This document shows positions 13,712-26,304 of a stretch of 64,000 nucleotides of DNA, piece after piece. The stretch's first letter is position 1; the number at the start of each line of letters is the position of its first letter. Below the pieces are notes generated by a model. The model saw nothing but the letters and a program-made list of their open reading frames with translations, had not been told where the DNA came from and ran no database searches. This DNA comes from Bigelowiella natans CCMP2755 (Eukaryota > Protista > Cercozoa), in contig ADNK01000342.1 in the NCBI GenBank assembly GCA_000320545.1, forward strand, positions 53,504 to 117,503, given 5' to 3'. Position numbers and translations under genes: made by a program.

Positions 13712-14022
13712 TAGTAGTAGTAGTAGAATACGTACGATATATTACGTATGAGCAACCATCGCTGCCAGCCATTTACTATTCTACTACTACTACTACCACA
13801 AGTACGGTATATTGTTGACACGCTATCAATAAAGTCAACAAAAAGATTTAGGTTGCACAATAAGAGTATCAACTTTAAGCTCCAGTAGTAGTAAAGATGA
13901 AGAGTCTTTCGATGTATCCATTCAACACATTGAGGAAAAATCCATAAATTCCTGCTGGTAATTTGTTCTTTTCAGGAGGGTTCTACTGTGCTAAAATCGA
14001 TACTCCTAAGAAGGTAATCTAG
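9905..14022 (+). CDS. NDK: Nucleoside diphosphate kinase, long protist type, circularly permuted, with a mitochondrial-type leader; 18 coding exons
   Basis: GT-AG exons splice to MFARTFRVPASKIKQF...GAVAGGVGLAVLA...EKPMFVINGFYMQMR...FRGKVLGATDPKKAAAGSVR...NTGDNGVHASASPFEAMAERSNW...KNTAYVFVKPHAV...LIDQHYYSIA...KFGGGFYCAKIDTPKK. Stop at 14020-14022, or at 14115-14117 if one more intron is spliced. Confidence 0.92.
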
Positions 14023-14160
14023 TAAATGTCTCGTCAATTTTTTGCTATCCCATTCTCCTATAGGTGCATATATTCATTTCTTTCTGAACGTTTTTTTGAA
14101 CGTTTGCATGCAAGTAAATAACCTCCCTCTCATCTCCTACGCCTTATTTACTACACACTT

Positions 14161-15134
14161 CTTGTTGTGTCCAGTCTGGAGGAATTCTTGCAACAATTAA
14201 ATCTTTCTTCGGCGGCAAGTGATTTCTGTGACCGTGGCGAACAACGCGTCGAAGAATCGAATGTGGCAGCGAGCAAACAAGCACATCGTGAGTTTGTGTT
14301 GAGCCATTGCGTGCATGTGAACAGAACCAGAAACAGAGTCCGTTGAAGCAATTGTTGTTGAGCATGTGTCGCTTTTATTTTGCGAGACGGATGCAATTGA
14401 TCAATTAAACTTGTCAAATGGTCATATGGTCATCCTCATGCAGCTGTGCAATGCAGCGGCCACAACGCTAGTATTCAATCTGTTGGTCTCCGCCGTGATG
14501 TCTAGCAATGCTTTGGATTTGTGGCCAGCGCAAACCACAATCGTGTGAATTGCATGTCCCATGTCCTCGCCGCTAGCTCGCCATCGGCCTGGAATCACAT
14601 TTGCCATTCACGCACGCACGTGATGCACTCAAGCAAGTTCATGCACAAGACGTGCAACATCAATTGTTGACCGTGGCAACGCATGCGCGCACGCCGGTGC
14701 GCATGCACTGCGCTTGCGTGCTGGCGTGCATGTGACTGGTCGTGCACGCAAGTGCATTTTGCACGTTTTGATCCGCTGACCTGCTTGCTAGCTTGCCAGA
14801 CACGGGCGTCTCCGGACGTGACCACCTGTTCGTTCCCCGCAGCCATGTGGCAGCACCAAGTCAACAGCTGGCAAATGTGGCACGAGTCATTGAGCCGAAA
14901 CCAATCACCAATTGGAACCACTTGACCAAGAGCAAGTTTTCAGACAGAACACGCTCAACGAGGGGGAAGTGAAGAGGCGGTTGGAAGCCCTGATGAAAAA
15001 AGCACAAGCTCTCCTGAGGAAACCCCTCTTAGCTCTGTTCACTTTTGCGTCCGGAGACCACCAGACCTGCGTTCCAAGTGCACCAACATTTGGTCTCGTG
15101 TCCCGTGAAAGAACATGAACAATGAACAATGAAT
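14161..15134. other. TpA-depleted, TG/CA-rich intergenic block
   Basis: Manual count: ~10 TpA in ~970 bp, 4 of them in CTAG; only 2 between 14581 and 15133. Confidence 0.9.
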
Positions 15135-15158
15135 TAACCCTAACCCTAACCCTAACCC
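15135..15158. repeat. Interstitial telomere-type repeat (TAACCC)4
   Basis: taaccctaaccctaaccctaaccc read directly; complement of TTAGGG repeats. Confidence 0.9.
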
Positions 15159-15469
15159 CCCGCCCATCACCGCATCGGCGAAAGAATTGCTCCCATTGTG
15201 CTCATCACATCAAGTGGATGGTAATTTGCTGTCGCAATGGAGAAAATGCCCTCAATTTCAAGTTCTAAATGTGGTGATATCCTTGTCGCTCGACCATCTC
15301 GGAGGGACAAATTTAAGTGTTCGAACCCTGGTCCAGCAGCAACTCCCATCAGCATTTCGACACCTATGCACAGGAGGGGGATGCATTATTAGCGACATAT
15401 AACTACGACACTGGAACACTTTTGCTAAATCGGTTCTATCAACAGAGTATAATTTCCCCAAAGTAGAAA

Positions 15470-16556
15470 ATGGCGGAAGGAGGTCGTACGCCGGTAACCA
15501 TTATCAGCGGATTTCTTGGGAGCGGTAAGACAACGCTGCTCAAGCACCTGCTTGAGAATACGGAGGATTTGAAGATCGCACTAATCGTCAATGACATGGC
15601 AGAGCTGGTAATTTGAATGACTAGTAGACAGTAGGTAGATATCATCGGCATTGCTGATCCTACCGACTCTTCACGCCGTAGAACATAGATGCGGCTCTTG
15701 TTCGAAAGAAGGGGGCAGAACTTTCGAAGATGGAAGGTACCACGCTTGCAGAATCATATCGAAAGCGTCTGTAGATGATTCAGTTTATACCCGAAAATGA
15801 GAACATGTTGAATCTGAGAATGGGGGATTGCTCATCATCATGTTACTACTCAGGCGAGGACGGGAAGATGGTGGAACTTGACAACGGGTAAATGGTGAAT
15901 AAGTAGAGAATCACACGCACATACGTAGAGAGAGATACAGAGATCCGGGCGGGGGAGGGGGTAGGGGAAGGTGCTCGGGCAGGGAGAAAGACACATGTTT
16001 TCGAGGTAATCACAGTTGATATGATCTACTATTTATAGATGTATCTGCTGCTCTCTGAAACCGAACATGGTCAAAGAAGTCTCGAGGTAGTAATGGAAAT
16101 AGTAGCAGCATCGGCAACAGAAGTTTCAGAAGCCATGATAGTTGGTGTGGGTTTGTAGCGCCATATGATAAACGTCACCCATCGTTGTGGCAGTGCCTAA
16201 TCTCTATTCTGATTATTCGTAGGCTATCCAAGGCAGCTAAATTCGACTATATCGTCATCGAATCATCCGGTCATAATTTCATCTACACCAAAGTTAGAGA
16301 AACTCGCAATTAATTCTGACACAAACAAAAACATGATTGTGGGTGTGTGCTGCACTGTTATATTTCACACTCACTACTTCGATCCCGCAAAGCTATTAAT
16401 CCCTTCGGTTATCCTGGCAGGAATCTGCGAGCCAATGCCCATAGCTCAAGTGTTCTTTGAAGATCAGGATGATACTGAAGATGAAGCGCATGAAAGAAGC
16501 AACTTCGGCACGCAAAAAGCGCTCGAGATGCTCGGAGACCTTGCTAGGTGAGCAAA

Positions 16557-16595
<39 letters not shown>

Positions 16596-17079
16596 GTGTT
16601 GATTGTGAGGTGAATAAGTGTGAATTCATTATCAATATTTGTTTTTCTCCTGTGAGCATTCTCTCCTTCCTATCCCCCTTCTTCTTCTCCTCCTCTTCTT
16701 CATCTTCATCTTCTTCTCTTCCTCTCAGGCTCGACACAATGGTAACAGTGGTAGATGCTACGAGATTCTGGGAGAATATAAACAGCCTCAAGACAATTAT
16801 GGAGCACTACGGAAAGGATAAAATATCAGATACTGAGGTAGTAGCGTTTATATGAAGATTCATTGTTGTAGCAACAAGATTGCTATGATTGAAATGCTAC
16901 CGTCGTCAAATGTGAAGAAGTAGTAGTTGTAGTAGTAGTAGCAGTATTTGTATTCAGAATCACAACTAGTAATTAGGCAATAATTTTAGTAATAACGATA
17001 ATAATAAGAAAAATAATACTTCGGAGTAGTACTGGTAGTCATCACTTGTGTTTGTTCAATTTTTCCGTCTCATTTCACA

Positions 17080-17120
<41 letters not shown>

Positions 17121-19296
17121 ATGCGCTGCTGCTCTATTTGCTTAGGAAGGGAGGCGCTCAATAGCCGAGCTGTTGGTGGACCAAGTGGAATTTGTACTAC
17201 CTTCGAGAACTCACTCAAACTATTGAAGAAGAACACGAAGAATAACGCGCTTTCTCGTTTTCGCTTGAAGAAGCAGATGCACAGTACTAATACCATCCAA
17301 ATAAAATGTAGGCAAACGTCATCCTCATCAACAAAGCTGATCTGATGGATAAGGATAAAAAGCAATTTAACCAAGTTAAAGGTGCGTTGGTTCTTTGATG
17401 CTCATCAGACAATATCAGCGCTGTATACGTGGAATGGTGGATGAAATGGATGAACTATATGTTGTTGTTTTTATGCAGATATCGTGAAAGCTCTAAATCC
17501 AGACGCTGTCTCGCTAGAAACAACATACTCAAAGGTATTATTAGCTTCTCTTCATGTTTCCTCCTCGTGTCAGTATGATGTTGCTTGTGTTAAGATCCGT
17601 ATATTATGTGTTATGTGTGTGTGTGCGTGTGTGCGCGCGCGTGCGCGCATATATGCATGGGAAGCATATTGTAGCAGTACATTGTGCGTTGTTATTACGA
17701 CGTTAAAGAACATCATCACCATTAGGTGAAACCGAGCCAGGTTTTATCTACAGGTGTGACATGACAAGGAGTGAGAATCTTGATGATAGGATGACGATGA
17801 CGATAATGATGATGATGATAATGATGATGTGCCTAAATTACAACATAATAATGACAATAACAATAGTAGTAATATATATCATTATACTGTTGTAGCAATT
17901 ACCATCAACCAGTAGCAACGATCGTAGCATTGTATTGATGGTCAACGTCTATCGTGTACTTGCTACCACCATCATCTATACAGGACTCTTTGATTTAGAA
18001 AAAGCCCGTGTGGGGTCAGGCTGGGCAAGGGTATCCTTCTTCCAACAATATGTAGATGTGTGAAAGAACAAATCAATCTCTGCGAAAGATGTGTTCTCGT
18101 ATCTATCGTCTGATGTGGCGGTGTTTGATGTATTTGATGCCGCCATATTGCGACCTAATCTTGTATTGCCATAACAACGGATCTGGCCTTAGGCCTTACA
18201 GGAAGAGGAAGAGGCTGCTGCTGATGAGAAGGAGAGCAGCAGCAGCACCAATACGACGAACATGAAGAAGAAGAAGAAGATAAAAGGTCCTTTTATTACA
18301 GAAATAGATGTTCCTTGCTACTATCGCTGCAGCAAGCGGCGGTGATTTTGGTGGTGCTGAGGAAAGAGAAGGAGAGAGGAGTGCAAGAGGAAGGAGGATA
18401 AGGAGGAGGAGGAGGAGGAGGAGGAGGAGGCAAAAAATCGTATATTTATGATTTCAACCACATGGCCAGGCATCAAGCAAGAGATATTCTGAGAATTATG
18501 TGTCATTTTCATGAAATTGATGGAATCTTGCTTCTTTTTCTTCTTCTTCTTCTTCCTTTATCCATTGACATTTATAGAGGACGATGAAGGGCCTAATAAT
18601 GCAAAGGAGAGCATCCACCACCACCATCACCATCACCATCACCGTCAGCAGCAGCAGCAGCAGCAGCAACAACAACAACAACACAACCACCATCATGGTG
18701 ACCACTATGGAATAAAGTCCTTCATTTATAGAAGAAGGTAAAGCTGTCTAGTAGAAAGGAAGACAACAACAACAATAACAACAACGATTTCATTCTTTCG
18801 ATGTATAAAAATAAGGCGGCCTTTCCACCCCCAACGACTATTTGGCCTCCTCGATGCAAAGAAGGGCATTAATGGTACTACCGCTAGTCGTACAATGATG
18901 AAAACTAATACGCTATCTACTCAAGAGTCGGAAGATGGTTTTCTTCCCCCCCCTCCACCCCATTCCTCCCCCTCTTCTCAAACGCAAACTGAATTACATG
19001 AGGGCTGTGCACTATAGCCTCAGCAGCAGCAGCAAGTTGTCGTGATCCTCATCATCGTCTATATCATCGACCAACATGTAATGATAAATACTAGGATCGC
19101 TGAGATCTAAGGGTTTTTGCTGGATGGCTTCTCGTCATTCGGTAGTAGTAGTAATAGATGTTGCAATGATATAGTATAAGGAGTAATAGCGAAAATGTAC
19201 AATTGTATGTGCAAATGAGTGCGTGTGCGTGTTTGTTAGGGGAGATCGTCGCATCGAATTGGTGATAATTGGTGTAGATATGGATCAAGAGGTTGC

Positions 19297-19330
<34 letters not shown>

Positions 19331-19541
19331 CGTAGTAGTCGTAGTAGTGGTGGTGGCGGCGGCGGTGGTGGTAATAGTGGTGCCTGTGAAGATAACACGA
19401 ACTATGCTTATCTTTTCATCTCTTTTTCTAACATTATTTTCTAGTTTTTACCATCATCATGTTCTTTATGAAGCACTTTTAATCTTTCTTTTAGTTTGCA
19501 CTCTCTTAACCAGCCGCTAACTCACTCACACACACACACAC

Positions 19542-19580
<39 letters not shown>

Positions 19581-19588
19581 TATTTACA

Positions 19589-19631
<43 letters not shown>

Positions 19632-19869
19632 TTAGTATCAATCAATCTTCTTTCTCTTTCTGAAATAGGCGATTGAAAAGGAATTGGATGTATGTCTTTT
19701 GAATGACGAGGAGATGAAAGCAGGACCAGAGGTACGTAGAAATGAGATCAATTCATCGGATTTGACTCTTGTAGTAAAGTGAAATGATGCGGTGTAGGCC
19801 TGGGGCAAATACGTTGACACGTTCCCGGCTTTCGATGGCGACGACAGCGAGGACGATGCTGATGAGTGA
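15470..19869 (+). CDS. CobW/COG0523 (G3E) metal-chaperone GTPase with His-rich linker and CobW_C domain
   Basis: [17 protein letters not shown] (Walker A), [13 protein letters not shown]|CICC (CxCC), IVIESSG|[30 protein letters not shown], a poly-His tract, [10 protein letters not shown]|[16 protein letters not shown] and [11 protein letters not shown]. Confidence 0.93.
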
Positions 19870-20468
19870 TTGTTTATTGAAAAGAATACATAGACCTACT
19901 GAATGATGACGTACATTCGAATTCAACTCATCGAAACAAGTTTTTTGATTTATACCTGTCGTAGTTTATTTAGCTACTATTGAGTGATATAATTGCAAAG
20001 CCATGCACGCACGCACGCACCACACGCGCAACCTAGCAAGGTTATTTTTTGCGCATTCATATGCGGTCGCAGTATCTGATTGCATGAGCCTCTCGACTGT
20101 CCGCACATTTGGATTCAACATGTCACATATAGCATAGCGTTGACCGTTGCTCTCATTGTAAGTCAGTGCACATATGGCGTGTACGTGCCAAGATCATTTC
20201 TCCAGTAAGTACGCACGCGTCAAGTGGAGGTACATGTAGTCTACTAGATCGTGCTTTTTCCGCTGCGCCTGGCAGCAACTATTAACGTTGTGTGGCAACC
20301 GATTTGAGGAAATGTTGCCGGTGATAATGATGATGCATTTGAATGCTATTCGTTGGACATGGAAGGTTAGAATGTAATCTCTAGATGTGGGTACTCCTCA
20401 ACTGTAGTAGAAATTAAACTCGATATGTTGCTTGACTATTTCTTACATCTTACATAGCGTGCACTATC

Positions 20469-20708
20469 TCACTTCTGCTCAAGATTCAGAATATCCAGGT
20501 TCATGTCGAGTAGAGCATTTACCCAATTACTTAATGTGCCATCGTACGCGGATTGCGTGATTGGGTTGAACGAACTTAGACATTGTTGGGCGATGTTGCT
20601 GGCTGGGGGGGGGAAGGCGGAGCCAACCCAGTATCTTTCTACCTCTGGTGTCGAAGTTGTTATACGAAGGCGACGATTGGAATGTTGGACAACATCACGG
20701 AGGGATTC

Positions 20709-20739
<31 letters not shown>

Positions 20740-21096
20740 TGAGGAAGATTCAAGGCTACTTTACCACCTTTTCTGTGGGAAGAAGAAGCTGATGAGGCAA
20801 GAGAGGAAGTGGAGGAGGAGGAGGAGGAGGAGGAGGAGGAGGACCGAAATCGTGGTGGTGTATTGTGTACAAAACATGACCGTCCCAAGGATTGATCCTG
20901 ATAATTATCACCCTCTTCTGCCTTTTCTTCTTCCAAACTATTCCCTCTTGTTGTCACGTTTTGGATATTGCTCACTTGGGAGGAGGGGGAGGAGGGCGAC
21001 AAGGAGGAAGATGAAGGAGAACTTTTGATTTCAAGGTATGCGTCCAAATTGGGAGCGTTTGCATAGCCTAAGTATCATTCAATGATGACGATAGTA

Positions 21097-21138
<42 letters not shown>

Positions 21139-21148
21139 AAGAAAGAGA

Positions 21149-21183
<35 letters not shown>

Positions 21184-21570
21184 CACCGCACCAGGCTTGG
21201 TTTACATGAAAGGGAGAAGCAACATGAAGGGTCAGTAGCAAGATCGACCAATATGTTGTTGTTATTGCTGCTGCTGCTGCTGCTGCTCAAACTTCGGTAG
21301 ATAAACATATGATGACTACTACTGCTACTACCCTACTCTACTACTCCGACGACTACAACAATTAAACAAGGGAAATAATAGTACTAATGCAATCAGCTCC
21401 TACCCTACCTAATGCTGCGTTGGGGTCATAAATTTCGAGTCCAAATGCATATTTTGTGCGAACCTTACGATTGACGAGATTGCGTAAATGTAGGTACTCA
21501 TCATATGATGATAAGTAACAACGATATTGTCGAAATCATGCACACATAGACACAAAGCCAAACGCGCATA

Positions 21571-21610
<40 letters not shown>

Positions 21611-24543
21611 GAGAGAGAGAGAGAGAGAGAGATGCAGAGCGAGAAAGAGAGAGAGAAGGGAGAGGGGAAGCGAGGGATAATAGCTTTGATGTAGGGAAGA
21701 GAGATCACATCTCATCTCGTGGAAGTGAGGCCAGTAGCAGCCTACCTTATCGTACACAAAATCTAAACAAGTCCCAGGACACAAGTAGCCAAGTTCTCGC
21801 CCTGCAGGCCCTAGAATGATGGGGGGGGGGGGGGGGGGGTATAGGTGGTAATTAGAATCGTAAAAGAAGAGTTTACAGTGTTGATAGTTCCTATTACTAC
21901 CGTTTGCACATCTGCAGTATTTCTGGTTATTCGTCTGCAATACTTGAAGCATTTCGTATACATTGCTGGGCAACCCTTGAGGAAGGTGGTCTTCTGATAG
22001 AGAAGGAGGAAGTTCTAGAAGGACACGGGCATTCTCTTGCTCCTCGCCCCCCCCCTCCTCCTGTAAAAGGGAGGAGGAGGAGGAGGAGGAGGAGGAGGAG
22101 GAGGAGGAAGAAGAAGAAGACGGTGCACCAGGAAATTCCTCGGAATAAGCATGCGGAGTGTACATCCCTTTATACAATAACCACAAGAAGAAGAAGAAGA
22201 AGAAGAAGAAGAAGAAGAAGATGATGATGATGATGATGAAGATGAAGAAGGTGGTTAAGAGGGTCACCAAGACGACGATTGAGTTACAAGAATTTGACTA
22301 TTTATATGTATTCATACATATCCCTTGGGAGGATACAATCATCAATTTCCATGTTCATTTCCACTTTTCGTATTTTTCTCATCATCATAACCACAACCAC
22401 CAGCAGCACGAGCAGCAGCACCAGCTACCATCAGCGCGCATTGTTGTACCTAGCACTCCACTGTGCACGGTAAAAAAGATGTCAGGAGGGTCTTGAGTCA
22501 CGGATTCTCTTAATATCATCGTTTCGGACTCCGAAAAGCTTGAGTCTCCGCTCGTTCCGTCCCTATTGAGAGGAGAGAAAAGTCAACGATTAAGAGGAGA
22601 TACAGAGGATGACAAGATCAGTGATACCACCAGCAAAAGCAGCTACAAGTAACACTTTTCCATCTTCAGAATACGTTATAATTACCCAGTATGACTACCA
22701 CACCATCTCATGCATTCAACGAAAGAGCAACTATTAGTAACCGTTTAAGATTATCAGCTTCTCTGTCGTCATCTCCTTCTGCAGCAATGGGCGTTCGAAT
22801 CTGTGCCATAATTTGTGATAACACATATCTTATACTGCACATATTGGCAATGCATGTTGCTTGGTGTTACGTGATGACTGCCAAAACACCAAAACAAAAC
22901 GCCTAATGTTTGAGTAAACTAACCCAATGATCGTCCCAATTGCGATTTAAGTCCACCCCCCTCCCATTTGCTCTGGCCAACCAAAACAATAACACCACAT
23001 TAGTGATATTATGTGGAGTGATCAAGAAAACAAGTTAATGCTGTCCATAGTTTAATTGTCGCCGTTATTTATGGGAAGAATACTCTCTATCACTTAACAT
23101 TAGGCTCCTCCCCCCCCACCGAAATGCCATTCGCCAAATACCTCCAGCAATATTTCCCGTCGCGCTCTATTTTGGCCCTCCCTTCACACGAAACAAATCC
23201 AATTTACCAACACACACGCAAACACACACACCACACACATACACACACACACACACGTTTTGGTGTCATCTGAAATGAAACTCGTGCGAATAGTGTGTAG
23301 TAGACAAAGATTTCCCCTTCCGCGCCCCCACTATCTTTTATCAAGTTACTGATGTGTATATTGAGATCAGTACCTTTTACGTTAACGACGGGGTAAATCT
23401 TGAAGCTGAATGCAAGTGTAGTATTATAAGTGAGATCACATGGTAACAACTATGCTTCCAATGACTACTGATCTAGTGTCTTACTACTACAACAACATTG
23501 ATATATTAGAATACTACAGATATTATAACCATGATGTTCATTATCCTCGTCTTCTCTCAAATTATAAATTTAGAATAATATCTCGATTAAAAAAGATTTG
23601 GAATTTCATCAATTTTGTGGTCGTGTAACATGTTTACCTGATACTATTTAAGACCCTTTGAACTCTTTTATCATTGCCGTTGTTGCAAAGGTACTGGTAA
23701 AGTAATAGATAATCATGATCAAGTTGAATAATATAGACAATGTTATGCTCTTCCTTACTTCGTCTTTGCTACCTTCACAAAAGCCAGCCCGAGTTCGGGG
23801 GAGATGAGTTCTCTAGCATGCTCACCAAAAATGAGAAGGGAATTTAATTTCGCCTCTCGATTCTGGCTTTGTGAGGATGACATGGAAGCGTCAATTTCTG
23901 CTAGAGAGCCCTCGATTTCAGAAGAATTGGTGTTACTGTTTTCATTCTTTGCCTCCTGGCTACTGGCTTGAAGCTCAAGTCGAAAGACCTTCATGTTGAT
24001 GGAGACAGAAAAATCTCAAGCTCTTAACATATATAGTTGAATTGCCAGACAGAAGGACAAATTCTTAATATGTGTTAACATTTTTACACCGGATAAGTCA
24101 GTAACATACATCAACCTAGGAAGATATTACAGGTAAAGTTGTGTTTTGAAGTGTCTCTTGTTCCACTGTGAGATAGGAGCAGCTATTTGTGAGTTCTAGC
24201 GCCTCCTGAAGTAGTTACGTAGGTAATGTGTGGTAGGTAAGGGTTATCACGTCGATCCTCTTGCAACACAAAACCACTGGTCCTACCTTGATTATCTGCT
24301 CTGTTGTATGATAGAGATCACCGATTGAAGCCGAATCATAGAGTTCTGAAGTATCCTTACTCCTTGAGAGCGATGAACCGTAATTTCTCCCGGAATTCTA
24401 GCGGCACAATTGATAATGTAGGGGCACGATTAATTTTGTTTTTGCACTAGTTTCTCTTCCTTAGATAGTAACAGTACCTGTTTCGAGCAGCCGAAACCCA
24501 AAAATAAAAGCCAGCTGCAGAGCTGAAGCTGCAACCCCAGCAT
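20469..24543 (-). CDS. Secreted zinc carboxypeptidase, peptidase family M14; multi-exon, start tentative
   Basis: Signal-like MLGLQLQLCSWLLFLGFG; LIFGEHARELIS (HxxE); IYPVVN; GVDLNRNW; FSESET; TVHSG (third Zn ligand); GTCLDFVYD; AFGLEIY (catalytic Glu); C-terminal FNPITQSAYDGTLSNW. Confidence 0.87.
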
Positions 24544-25317
24544 ACAATGAGCTTTTGGCTGGGGAGGCCTTAACCGAGCTGTCTAGTTAAAGAGGGATTG
24601 AGGATGGGTTAGGTTCTGCTGCTTGATACGAGGCCTCCAGAGAAGTAGATCTAGAGCAACAGCGAAAGGGCAGAGGGAAACGGCAAAATTCCTAAAAACA
24701 AAAATTGATGTATTGTCGTCGTGGATAAGTATCACGCATTTTTATTATTTTGTTCGAAAGTAGAACGCTGACCGGTCGGATGTCTGTATTTTGAATACAA
24801 TTTCAAACTCATTTCAAAAATTTGGTTTAGTTTCGGCGATTTTTTGACGCCCTCGACTATGTCGCAGATACAAAAACCGCTCCCATTTTCTATTGCTTTC
24901 ATTATTTTTAAAAGTTCACAGCTGCACAAAAAGAGTATTTAAGACCATCTCCAGGCTCGAGGAAGATGAACTGTTGCGGTATCAAGTTAATCAAAACCTT
25001 AAACAATATAGCTAAAACCACGTCGTAAGAGTGTAAAGCCCTGGAAAATTGTAATAACCAGAATTTGTGATGTTTGATTTTTTCGGTCCATCGTATATTC
25101 AGCCCTTGGTGTGGTCTTAAATACAATTTGAGTGAATATTCGAGTTTTGCTTCGAACACAATTCTTGCTCGCGATGACATGAAGCCTTCCGAACTCACTT
25201 CACACGAGTCTTCCGAACGAACACCAAGGTTTGGCTTGCATTCCCTAAAAACGAGAACATAACAATTCACTCGCTGTGCTGTCTTGAGATGAACATCAAA
25301 TTGGACAGAAGCACCGT

Positions 25318-25397
25318 GGACGATCCAGGTAGTCTGGTTAATGCAACTATTTCTTGAGGACGATCCAGGTAGTCTGGTTAATGCAACTATTTTCTTG
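25318..25397. repeat. Tandem duplication, 40-bp period, 2 copies
   Basis: ggacgatccaggtagtctggttaatgcaactattt(t)cttg occurs twice. Confidence 0.95.
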
Positions 25398-26304
25398 GCA
25401 GGAGACTACGAAAATATAGAATAAATCACACGGATCAGATGGTCCCATTAGCACAGTTCCATGTTAGGTGGGATATTTGATTCTTTTACTCCAAAAAAAG
25501 ATTATTTACACCTCTGGTAAGCGCTGTACCTCGTGCAAAAAAATGTCGTATTGCCAAAGAGATTTGAGAGTATGTTAGCAGCTAAAATGTAAATGGCGGC
25601 CTACTCAAGTAAGACTTTCCCTTTGAGTTCAAACAATACTTTTTTCGTACCTCCATCTCAAAATAAGAGAGAGGCGGTGTTGATGATTATCATCTATCGA
25701 GTTCGGTGATACCCAAGACAATGTCTAGATTGTCCTAGCTAGCTAGTCGTCGATTGTAACACAAGACATGTCATGTCACTGCCTTAGCTTATTTGTCACA
25801 ACACTACGTAGACTACGACATCCTAGCATGGGTTTAAATTGCACACTTCTAGACTTGCATGTGCTATTGTATGCAGCATTGACATTGACAAGCAAGTACA
25901 ACTGACAAGCTAGCAAAGGCTAAACTAGCTGGACTTATGTTAGCATATAATGTGCGCACGATGCAAGAAGACTGACGGCTATAGCTAGTATAGATACAAA
26001 ATGACCCATGCATGCTGCTCAGGTGCCATTCAAATGCATGTGGTCCTATTTTTCACGTCATATTTTTCACGAAGTCTAATCATCTTTTTATGTACTTGTA
26101 GTGAATCAAAACAAATAATGTGAATATGCACGATCGAGAGGCAAAGAGAGAGAATGCATTGAGCATCATCAAGCAGTAAGCTCCACAAGGAAGGGCGAAT
26201 GCATAGAGCATGGCTTCAAGGTTGGTATCACTTCATTTTCGATACATCAATTTTATCAACTTCCGTCGCATAAGCTTCGGCGATTTAATGCATATCATCT
26301 TGCT

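Noticed and set aside
12899-13872. Numerous 60-180 aa ORFs with poly-S/T/V/Y/ER/CV runs, here and throughout the window
   Set aside because: They are translations of intronic microsatellites or antisense frames of real exons.
15135-15158. A true chromosome end or a fusion of two telomeres
   Set aside because: Only four units in one orientation, flanked by ordinary genes.
25318-25397. CRISPR-like direct repeats
   Set aside because: Only two adjacent copies, no spacers, no cas genes, eukaryotic context.
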